64,000 nucleotides of DNA from Nitrospirota bacterium (GTDB lineage: Bacteria > Nitrospirota > UBA9217): contig CAVWHO010000019.1 of the NCBI GenBank assembly GCA_963754875.1, positions 64,001 through 128,000 of the forward strand. The letters are read 5' to 3'. Within the stretch, counting starts at the first letter, position 1. Each line of letters starts with the position of its first letter. Under the pieces are notes generated by a model, which saw only the letters and a program-made list of their open reading frames with translations, ran no database searches and was not told the origin of the DNA. Both the position numbers and the translations under genes were made by a program. Positions 51,493-59,830 of this stretch are shown here, piece by piece.

Positions 51493-52032
51493 ATGAGAGT
51501 GACAGGAGGCATAGGCAGAGGGCAGCGATTAAAGGTCCCGACGGGGTCAGGCGTCAGGCCCACATCGGACAAGGTAAAGCAGGCTTTGTTCAACATTCTC
51601 GGCGACAGGGTAATTGATGCTTCTTTTCTGGATCTCTTTGCAGGTGCGGGCGGCATAGGCATCGAGGCCCTCAGTCGAGAAGCGGGAAGCGTGGTGTTTG
51701 TCGATTCCTCGCAAGGGTCCCTTGCCGTTATTAAAAAAAACATCGAGCAGACCGGGTTCGGGGAACGGGCACAGGTCGTCTTGGACAAGGCAGAGAATTA
51801 CCTGAAAAAGCCATCCGGGCCCTATGACGTCGTTTTTCTCGATCCGCCCTATGCCGAAGACATACAGCCGCTCCTTGATCTGATCGCGGGGGCAGGGATC
51901 GTGAAAGCCGATGGTGTCGTGATCGCAGAGCATTTCAAGAAGCAGCCGTCTCCGGAAAAAGCCGGCACCCTCATTCTGTATCGCGAAGCGCGCTACGGCG
52001 ACACGGTGCTGGCGTTTTATAAAATGGCATAA
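51493..52032 (+). CDS. rsmD: 16S rRNA m2G966 methyltransferase
   Basis: RPTSDKVK..LFNIL, LDLFAG.G..GIEALSR, FLDPPY, YGDT. Confidence 0.93.
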   Translation: MRVTGGIGRGQRLKVPTGSGVRPTSDKVKQALFNILGDRVIDASFLDLFAGAGGIGIEALSREAGSVVFVDSSQGSLAVIKKNIEQTGFGERAQVVLDKAENYLKKPSGPYDVVFLDPPYAEDIQPLLDLIAGAGIVKADGVVIAEHFKKQPSPEKAGTLILYREARYGDTVLAFYKMA

Positions 52033-52117
52033 CGAGGTGCGGTGGGGTCAATCAGCACGAGGTCACCACGCTCCAAAAATCCTGTACTGTCCTATTGTGC
52101 GGTAACAAGGAGGTCGC

Positions 52118-52600
52118 ATGAAACATGTCGCTGTCTATCCCGGCACTTTTGACCCCGTTACCAAAGGGCATGTCGATCTTGTCGAGCGGAGCCTCAGTAT
52201 TTTCGACGAGCTCATCGTCGCGATTGCCGCAAATCCGAGGAAACAGCCGCTCTTTACCCTCGACGAGCGCATCGATATGTTCGCGAAAGTGACAGCGCAA
52301 TTCAAACGGGTGAAGATCGAGGGGTTCGACGGGCTCCTGGTCGATTATGTAAAACAGAAGAAGGCCGTGGGGATCATCCGCGGTCTCCGCGCCGTGTCGG
52401 ACTTTGAGTATGAGATGCAGATGGCTCTCATGAACCGGCGTCTCGATAATACCATTGAGACCGTCTTCCTGATGCCGAATGAGGAATACTCCTTCATCAC
52501 CTCGACGATCGTAAAAGAGGCTGCAAGTTATGGCGGCGATGTCTCAAGCCTCGTGCCGAAAATTGTTGTAGAGAAGCTGAGGAAGAAGTTCCGAAGGTAG
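52118..52600 (+). CDS. coaD: Pantetheine-phosphate adenylyltransferase
   Basis: YPGTFDP.T.GH, RGLRAVSDFEYE.QMA..N. Confidence 0.97.
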   Translation: MKHVAVYPGTFDPVTKGHVDLVERSLSIFDELIVAIAANPRKQPLFTLDERIDMFAKVTAQFKRVKIEGFDGLLVDYVKQKKAVGIIRGLRAVSDFEYEMQMALMNRRLDNTIETVFLMPNEEYSFITSTIVKEAASYGGDVSSLVPKIVVEKLRKKFRR

Positions 52601-52916
52601 GGCTACCATCTTCACCTTCGGGTAACACGCATCTTGTAGTAAACCGGGTAGAAAATACAACGTGGATCACACCAGCAGCTCGTCAAAAAACAGGCACACT
52701 GATTTTTCGGTGTGCTCACTAAAAAACCGCTATTCATAACACTTCCTTGTTGCTTCTTGCCAGCCGAAAGCCTTCTGGATGGGAGTCTCGTTATACCATT
52801 ATTCCGCCTGCCATGAGTAATCTCCGTTTCTTGGGTGTAGGTTAACTGTCTCAAAATGTATTCTGGCGCAGTCCTGCCGTTTTTTTGCGAAAATAGGTCC
52901 TGCTTGTTCTTTTTGG

Positions 52917-52945
52917 GGAACAAAAAAACGCTTTCCTCTGTCTAA
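52917..52945 (+). promoter_or_regulatory. ECF/sigmaE-type promoter candidate
   Basis: GGAAC-N18-GTCTAA about 65 nt upstream of the ATG at 53009. Confidence 0.45.
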
Positions 52946-53008
52946 TGGGTGGAAAGGGCAGGGACGTCTGACCCTGCCTTAAATACCGAGAAGGAAAAGG
53001 AGAAAAAT

Positions 53009-53821
53009 ATGCGTTACGCAGTTATCGGCACAATCATCGGTTTTCTGGTATCAGCAACAGCATTGGCCTATGGCCACGCCAGGCCCTTTCTTGCCGGAAC
53101 AGTCTCGGTTGAGATCGTTTCGGACAATGGCGCCACGTTCCAGAGCTTCCTCCACCAGGACTTCAGGAGGGGAGAAACCCGGGTAATCAAGAAATACCTC
53201 GAGGCGAAAAAAGGGGAAAACTACGGTATCGTAATCAGGAACAACACACCCGAGCGGATCGGCGTGGTCATCGCCGCGGATGGCAGAAACATCATTTCCG
53301 GCAACAGGTCTGATCTGAAAAACAGCGAGACCATGTACATCGTGAACCCGTACGAGTCGGCGCGGTATGACGGCTGGAGGACCACGGAGAGCGAGGTGCA
53401 CCGGTTCTACTTTACCGAACCCGCGGACTCCTACAGTGTCAGGACGTTTGCTGACTCATCGGCGATGGGGGTCATCGCCGTTGCAGTCTTCCGCGAGAAG
53501 GAACGGCCGCAGCCGCTTCTGGAACAGAAACGGAGCGAATCCGCACCTGCCGCTCCGTCAATGGAGGGTGCAAGGCGTGGTCAGGGAAAGGCTCTGGCCG
53601 ACGAGAGTGCCGGCACCGGTTTTGGCGAAGCCCAATACTCTCCGGTCGTCCGCGTCGAGTTTGAACCCGAACGCATGCCAATTCAGAAAACACTGGTCAA
53701 GTATGAATGGCGGGAAACGCTGTGCAGAAAAGGCATTCTTCAGTGCGGGCAGAACCGGAAAAACCGCCTGTGGGATCAGGAAGCGTATGCGCCCTACCCT
53801 CCCGGTTATCCGGGGAATTAG
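53009..53821 (+). CDS. Secreted conserved hypothetical protein
   Basis: AGGAG RBS, signal peptide, GENY.I.IRN, DGRNIISG, DGWR, GVIAVAVFRE, GTGFGE. Confidence 0.8.
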   Translation: MRYAVIGTIIGFLVSATALAYGHARPFLAGTVSVEIVSDNGATFQSFLHQDFRRGETRVIKKYLEAKKGENYGIVIRNNTPERIGVVIAADGRNIISGNRSDLKNSETMYIVNPYESARYDGWRTTESEVHRFYFTEPADSYSVRTFADSSAMGVIAVAVFREKERPQPLLEQKRSESAPAAPSMEGARRGQGKALADESAGTGFGEAQYSPVVRVEFEPERMPIQKTLVKYEWRETLCRKGILQCGQNRKNRLWDQEAYAPYPPGYPGN

Positions 53822-53846
53822 TATGACGCCGTGCAGGATATATAAT

Positions 53847-53876
53847 GGCCCGGAAACGAACCTCTCCGGGCCTTTC
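53847..53876 (+). terminator. Terminator hairpin
   Basis: GGCCCGGA...TCCGGGCC followed by TTT. Confidence 0.6.
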
Positions 53877-54089
53877 GTTCTGTTTTCCAATCCCCAATGA
53901 CGGGTTCTTGCCGGGACAATTTACCGGAATCAATTAAATAACGTGAATCTCTGACGGTCCATTCAATTGCGCTGCAATTATCTTGGACGAGGCTAAGTGT
54001 GGGGAAAATAGCTATTCAGAAAATTTGGCGGAGGATCTTGCTGGAGCCAGGCAAATGATTTTCGAAAAATGAACGTCTCATAAACGCAG

Positions 54090-55985
54090 CTATACCAGTA
54101 AAGAGCCATATTGTTTCCTGACCGTTTCCTGGACCGTTGCAATCAGCTTAAAAGACTCTTTCAACATTGCTCTCTCCATCGTGCTGAGGCATTGGGGATT
54201 GATGAAATTATCCGGCAACGATCCTTCCTTGATTTGCTCGTATTGGTGCCTGAGCCTCAGGGACATCAGAAACTCGAAGGCCTGTTCGAGTTCAACGGAA
54301 AACTTGGCTGCTATGCACGGGCGGTCCTTCATTTCTGCAAGCCGTTCCATCGTGGAGGTATGGAACGCTTTCAGTTCCAGTGCGGAGAACCGTGCAGCGT
54401 CGATGATGGGGCTGAGCCCCGTGATCTTGATGTTGAACGTTCCCTTATGGACACCTTTCTTTTCACATTCGAATTTCCCGAGGAAATCCAGGGGCGGCTT
54501 TTTGTTTACCAAGGCACTTGCCAAATGGGCGAAGAAAGGCACCTCGTCCTTGAGCTCATGCCCCAGGAAAGCCCTGAGCTGTTCGGCGAGCAGGGTATTC
54601 CCGTGCACCGGCCGGAAATCAAAGAAGATCAGGGACCTGAGAATAGCTTCGGTCGTGGGTATGTTGATCCAGTTTGAAAAATATTTTTTCCAGACACTGA
54701 GCGGCTGGCACCACATCGGGTTGCTCGCCATATAGCCGGCGCTGCACGGCGGGAACCCGCACCTGGCCAATGCCTGCTGCATCTGGATGGCGAACTCGGC
54801 AAAATATTGCGCAGCATCATCCGCCTTGCTGCCCCTGTCGTCATAGATGATTGCGTTGTCCTGGTCTGTTTTGAAGGTCTGTTCTTTTCTCCCCTCACTG
54901 CCGAAGATAATCCAGCAGTAGTCCACGGGCGGCTGCCCCATCCGGAACTCGGTGATCTCAAGGGCCTTTTTTAACAGACGGTCATTGATCTCGGTGATGA
55001 TCCTGGTTATGGTGCTTGCCTTGGCACCTTCTTTGATCAGGAGCGTGATGATCCGGTTGATCTTGGTCGCCGCAAACACGAGCCCGTCAATTGTGTCCTG
55101 GTTTTCTATCTCTCGTGCTAGGGACAGCGGCGACATGCCCTGCAACATCATGAGGTCGTGGCTGGTCAGTATCCCTTTCAACTCGCCGTTGCCGACAACG
55201 AGGAGGTGGTGAATATTGTACCGCATCATCTTCAGGAGGGCCTCGTAGCAGTAGTCCCGCACTTCCGCTTTGATGAGCGTAACGCTCATGATATCCCCCA
55301 CCCTTCCGGAAATGTCCCTGCCCCGGGAAACTACCTTGTTTCTGAGGTCCTTGTCCGTGATCACTCCCGACGGCAGACCGTGTTCATCGAGCAGGACCAG
55401 TGAACTGATGCCATGGTTTGCCATGATCTCCGCCGCCTGCTGGATCGACACCTCCTCCGACGCAGTGACTACCTTCCTGGTGGCCAGATCGCCCAGGAGG
55501 TTGGTGAACAGGAGCTTGTCTCCACCGCCGTAAAGCAGCGTGCGGTCGTTCATCTCCTTATAGGCCATATGCATGAGCCGTTTTAATATGGATCTGAGAC
55601 AGAATGCGGAAAATTCGGCGTTCGTTTTCAGCAGTCCAAGGACCGTTTCCCTGTGCACCAAGTAGACCGAGGTGTCTTCCGAAGCAACGATCGTGTCCAG
55701 CGAGATTTCGCCAAGCAGGAAGGAGCGCATGCCGAAAAATTCGCCTGCGGTCCGGCTATCGACCAGCACCTCCTCACCCTCCTTCGTCCTGACGAATACC
55801 TTGACCGCGCCGCTCCGGATCATGGTGAGGTGCTCCGCCGCAGGACCGTTCTGACGGAGGATAACCTGTCCCCGGGGATGAAACGCCAACGACGTGTCCT
55901 TCATGATGCTGGCGAGGACCGTGTGATCAACGAAGCTGAAGGGAGGTGTTTGTTTGAGGAACATGAGTGCGTCGTCAATCGGCAT
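54090..55985 (-). CDS. cNMP-CBS-CBS-DUF294 putative nucleotidyltransferase
   Basis: N-terminal cNMP domain, ITDKDLR CBS pair, GSEGRKEQT.KTDQDNA, MASNP.W, IFFDFR. Confidence 0.92.
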   Translation of the reverse strand: MPIDDALMFLKQTPPFSFVDHTVLASIMKDTSLAFHPRGQVILRQNGPAAEHLTMIRSGAVKVFVRTKEGEEVLVDSRTAGEFFGMRSFLLGEISLDTIVASEDTSVYLVHRETVLGLLKTNAEFSAFCLRSILKRLMHMAYKEMNDRTLLYGGGDKLLFTNLLGDLATRKVVTASEEVSIQQAAEIMANHGISSLVLLDEHGLPSGVITDKDLRNKVVSRGRDISGRVGDIMSVTLIKAEVRDYCYEALLKMMRYNIHHLLVVGNGELKGILTSHDLMMLQGMSPLSLAREIENQDTIDGLVFAATKINRIITLLIKEGAKASTITRIITEINDRLLKKALEITEFRMGQPPVDYCWIIFGSEGRKEQTFKTDQDNAIIYDDRGSKADDAAQYFAEFAIQMQQALARCGFPPCSAGYMASNPMWCQPLSVWKKYFSNWINIPTTEAILRSLIFFDFRPVHGNTLLAEQLRAFLGHELKDEVPFFAHLASALVNKKPPLDFLGKFECEKKGVHKGTFNIKITGLSPIIDAARFSALELKAFHTSTMERLAEMKDRPCIAAKFSVELEQAFEFLMSLRLRHQYEQIKEGSLPDNFINPQCLSTMERAMLKESFKLIATVQETVRKQYGSLLV

Positions 55986-56022
55986 AAGTGCATATCCGCT
56001 ATCTATTTTGAAACGGATGCTG

Positions 56023-56391
56023 TCAACCCGTGATTTCAAGGGCTTTTCTGACAGCTCTCTTCATCTCATCATGCATGAGGGGCTTTACGATGAAATCGCA
56101 AGCCCCTACCTTGATGGATTCTACGGCGGTTGCCAGGGAGGCAAAGGCTGTGATAACAATGACTTTTTGTGCAGGGTTGATCTTGCGGTATTTTGCCAGA
56201 AGCTCAATGCCGCTGATGCCGGGGAGGATGATATCGGTGATGATGAGGTCGTAGGATTTGTACTCGAGCAGTTTGGATGCTGATTCGGCGCTGTCTGCGA
56301 TGTCCACCTCGTAACCTTCGCGGGATAATACTCTTTGCAAAGATGCACAGAGGGTATCTTCGTCTTCGACTATGAGCAGCCTCTCGTCCAT
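56023..56391 (-). CDS. Single-domain response regulator
   Basis: LLIVEDE, TDIILPG, ITAFASL, FIVKP. Confidence 0.88.
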   Translation of the reverse strand: MDERLLIVEDEDTLCASLQRVLSREGYEVDIADSAESASKLLEYKSYDLIITDIILPGISGIELLAKYRKINPAQKVIVITAFASLATAVESIKVGACDFIVKPLMHDEMKRAVRKALEITG

Positions 56392-56729
56392 GTTTCCCCT
56401 CCGTTCTGTTTCGGGGTGATGGCGCGCCTCTACTACTCGTCCAAGAAACGTTGCAAAGATCACGATAGGTAAGTGTCGTTATTATACCATTTATACGGGA
56501 ATAGGAAAGAGAAGAATTTTGCAGATCAGACCATTGCTGAGATGTTTTGACGAAGTCGGTCGGTTTCCCTTGAGCAGATAAATTTAAGACAAATAAACGC
56601 ATAGCATATCTCAAGGGGTCTTGAGAAAAAACCGTTAAAAAAATTGTATATAGAGTGTTAATATATTACAACGAAAATGGGAGATTCATCTCCATTTTGA
56701 ATCTGGCCTTCAGTGTTGGGACCTATAAA

Positions 56730-57560
56730 ATGACACGATATATTTACAAAAAACTTAATAGAACTCTCACGATATCAGTTGTCCTGTGGTTTCTCATTCT
56801 CGTTGCAGCGTCTGTCTCTGGGACGCTCAGTGCCCAGGAAGAAGCAATAGCATCTTCCCTGCCGCCCATCGAGGCGATCCAGCCTGGAGAAACACTGGTT
56901 TACGATGTCAGCTGGTCAAACATCATCGCTGCGGGGACTGCGGTAATGGAGGTCAGGGGCGACACGCTGCCGGATGGAAGGGAGGTCTTTAAGTTTCTCG
57001 TGACAGGCCGTTCCTCAGGAGTGGTAGACAAGTTCTTCAAAGTGTACGATGCCGTCCAGAGTGTCTTCGACCCGCAGGTCATGCAAAGTTTGACCTATAA
57101 CATCGATGAGAATTATGGCAAGAAAAAGAAACGCCGTGCTCTTATTTTCGACCACGCACATAAAACGGTGATGAGCAGGGTGAATGACGACCCACCGGAA
57201 ACCCTGGTCATCCCAGAGCACGTGCAGGACGCTTTGTCGTCGTTCTACTATCTCAGGGCGGTGGAAAATTTTAGTGGGAACAAGGCAATCGTTTTCGACG
57301 TTTATGACAGCGGCAAGATATGGACTGTCGAAGTTTATACGATGGGCAGGGAAATCGTGAAAACGCCAGCAGGGGAGTTCTCCACGATCAAAATCAGGAC
57401 CTATCCTAAGTATAAAGGGGTTTTTATGAACAAAGGAGAGGTCTTCATATGGCTCACGGACGACAGCCGGAAGGTCCCGGTGCTCATGAAGAGCAAACTT
57501 ACTGTCGGATCTTTTGTGTTCACCCTGAGGCAGATGCAGCGGGAAGGAAAGGCGCGATGA
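56730..57560 (+). CDS. DUF3108 family protein
   Basis: Signal/TM segment, GETLVYDVSW..I.AGTA, QDALSSFYYLR, TPAGEF, IWLTDD..KVPV. Confidence 0.8.
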   Translation: MTRYIYKKLNRTLTISVVLWFLILVAASVSGTLSAQEEAIASSLPPIEAIQPGETLVYDVSWSNIIAAGTAVMEVRGDTLPDGREVFKFLVTGRSSGVVDKFFKVYDAVQSVFDPQVMQSLTYNIDENYGKKKKRRALIFDHAHKTVMSRVNDDPPETLVIPEHVQDALSSFYYLRAVENFSGNKAIVFDVYDSGKIWTVEVYTMGREIVKTPAGEFSTIKIRTYPKYKGVFMNKGEVFIWLTDDSRKVPVLMKSKLTVGSFVFTLRQMQREGKAR

Positions 57561-57664
57561 TTATCCCATAGCATGATAATTGTTGCCTCTGCCTGCGCTG
57601 GAACAGATAATCATCGTAGTGAGGTAATTTATACTCTTTGTTTCTCTATTTCTCATGATACGCA

Positions 57665-58015
57665 TCATGCGAGTTCACTGAGCCGTGAGAGCACATCTGT
57701 AATTTGCGGTTTTGGACAAAAAGTGTCAGCTCCGGCACCGAGAAATTCCTTTTCCTTGTTATCCAGACTAAACCCGATGATGAGCGTATCGGGACTTCGT
57801 GTTCGAAGTAGGCTGGTTATCTCGGCACCGTTCATCCCGGGCAAATGATAATCGACTATGGCTGCCCGAAAGCATTTGTCCTCCAGAAGATTCAAGGCCT
57901 GTGAGCCGCTGTCGCAGCAGCTGACGTCGAACCCGTCTGCTTGCAGGATCATTTGTATCGTGTCCGAAAACAATTTGTCATCATCTATTAATAAAAGGTT
58001 TTTCATATTGCTCAT
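57665..58015 (-). CDS. Single-domain response regulator
   Basis: LLIDDD, VDYHLPGMNG, AGAD.FCPKP. Confidence 0.8.
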   Translation of the reverse strand: MSNMKNLLLIDDDKLFSDTIQMILQADGFDVSCCDSGSQALNLLEDKCFRAAIVDYHLPGMNGAEITSLLRTRSPDTLIIGFSLDNKEKEFLGAGADTFCPKPQITDVLSRLSELA

Positions 58016-58159
58016 TTAACATAAATCATTCATGGAGTAAATCACCCGGGATGGGTATTTTCAGGGTATATCGATCCGTAAGTGCGACTTTCGTATGCAA
58101 TATGCCTATTAACCAGTATCGAAACTGCGGAAGAATCCCGTCTGAAACCAGTGCCGCGC

Positions 58160-58984
58160 TCACTGGCTGTTGTGGAGTCTCTGTCTCATCGCCTCATAGA
58201 GAACTACAGCTGCGGCTGTGGCCACATTGAGTGAGTCGATCGTTTCCGCCATGGGGATTCGGACGCGAAGATCGATGGCAGCCATGATGTCCTGGGAGAG
58301 GCCCGCACCCTCCCGACCCACTATCACAGCAGTGGGTTTGGTCAAGTCAACTGCAAAATGCGCTTTGTCACCGTTCAGTGCCGTTGCAACGGTCTGAAAG
58401 CCCGTCTGTCGGCACTTTTGAATGAATGTGGCAATATCTCCGACCTGCACAACAGGGAGGCGCAGGATGCTGTTCATCGAGGCCCGGACCGCCTTTGCGT
58501 TGAACGGGTCAACCGTGTTTGAAGTGATTGCAATGCCCGATGCGCCGACTGCTTCTGCGGTTCTGATAATGGTGCCGAGATTTCCGGGGTCCTGAAGCTG
58601 GTGGGCGACGATGATCAAGCGGGCCTTGTGCTTCAGAAGTGATTCCTCCGTGTGTTGTTTCATCTGAACCACTGCCATTATTGGCTGCGGCGTCTTGCTT
58701 TCGGCGAGCACGTCCATCAGCCGATCAGATACCCAAACGATATCGATGCCTTTGTTTTCCGAGAGCTTGAGCACGCCTTTACCATGGTGCTGGGTGAGTG
58801 ATGGTGTGGCGACAACAGTCTTGACCCCGAGGTCGTCGCGGACCGCCTCTTCGACCATTTTGACGCCTTCAATGAGAAAAACCTGTTCCTTTTTCCGGCG
58901 CTTCGGGTCTGAGAGAGAGCGAAGGTACTTTACCGTGCTGTTGTCTCTGCTGGAGATGGGGTTGAAGGAGCTGGTTTGCCGCAT
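58160..58984 (-). CDS. TrmH/SpoU family RNA methyltransferase
   Basis: QDPGNLGTIIRTA, G.EG.GL, IPM....SLNVA. Confidence 0.92.
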   Translation of the reverse strand: MRQTSSFNPISSRDNSTVKYLRSLSDPKRRKKEQVFLIEGVKMVEEAVRDDLGVKTVVATPSLTQHHGKGVLKLSENKGIDIVWVSDRLMDVLAESKTPQPIMAVVQMKQHTEESLLKHKARLIIVAHQLQDPGNLGTIIRTAEAVGASGIAITSNTVDPFNAKAVRASMNSILRLPVVQVGDIATFIQKCRQTGFQTVATALNGDKAHFAVDLTKPTAVIVGREGAGLSQDIMAAIDLRVRIPMAETIDSLNVATAAAVVLYEAMRQRLHNSQ

Positions 58985-59105
58985 GAGCGGAAGTATAGCA
59001 TAAACAAGGAAAGAACAAATAGAAAATTCCGGAAGAAGGGGGGATTGACACATTTGTTGGCGTACGAACTGACAACGCGACGACGGCTCAAAGACATCAA
59101 TTCGT

Positions 59106-59417
59106 TCACGGCATTTTTTTCCCCCGGGTAGAAGATTTCCCCCCCGATACCTTCATGATGCGGAGCTGTTCCTGATACTGCCGTTCCAGGTCTTGCCATT
59201 GTAGGAGTGATTCATAACTGCCTTCCCAGGCAGCGTAATCGTCCCGGTTGTCCGGGTCATCGTTCAGTCTGCCGGTGCGATATTCATCGATGAAACTACC
59301 TGTGGTTTTGTGATGTTTCTGTTCCATAAGGGCGAGAGTTTTTTTAATGCGCTGAATCGTATTGCCGCAGACCTTCAGTTCCCGGAGCAGGGATATTTCG
59401 AATTCATCTGTATGCAT
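59106..59417 (-). CDS. Hypothetical helical protein
   Basis: AAGGA upstream; ME.KH..TT..F...Y..G.L....DY..W pattern. Confidence 0.65.
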   Translation of the reverse strand: MHTDEFEISLLRELKVCGNTIQRIKKTLALMEQKHHKTTGSFIDEYRTGRLNDDPDNRDDYAAWEGSYESLLQWQDLERQYQEQLRIMKVSGGKSSTRGKKMP

Positions 59418-59653
59418 GTTCGATCCTTGGCCTTTGTGATGAAAATACATTAATATAAAGATTTACGAAAAACAAGGGGTAATGTATGCTTTCGATTTAT
59501 GGCACCCATATCATACAGGTTTTGTAGATTTTTGTTACAAGTTATGTTAATATATGTAACTTAAGGTGTTGATTTTTCGGCTTCCCTATGCCATTAGTCA
59601 GGTGTGAGGAACATAATGTGCAGAAAGGTTACACGGCTAGAGGTGATCAGATC

Positions 59654-59830
59654 ATGAAACGGGATATCTGGGGCTTTTTGTTCTGTCTCGGTCTTGTGCT
59701 GTTCTGCGGACCTTTTCTGAATATCTTCCATAATAGTCTCGCCTATTACCTGTTTATCATCTGGATCGCATTTATCGGGCTCATTTTCCTGGCCTCGACT
59801 TTTTCGGAACGGGACGATGGAGGAAACTAA
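59654..59830 (+). CDS. Small two-TM membrane protein preceding the SLC5 histidine kinase
   Basis: GAGGTG RBS; 58 aa, hydrophobic; abuts the kinase start. Confidence 0.7.
   Translation: MKRDIWGFLFCLGLVLFCGPFLNIFHNSLAYYLFIIWIAFIGLIFLASTFSERDDGGN

Noticed and set aside
59106..59417. Antitoxin of a toxin-antitoxin pair
   Set aside because: Only a vague resemblance, and no adjacent toxin ORF.
59534..59560. GTTACA...TGTAAC as an operator shared with the dsr upstream region
   Set aside because: Spacers differ (15 versus 23 nt), so a common binding site is not supported.
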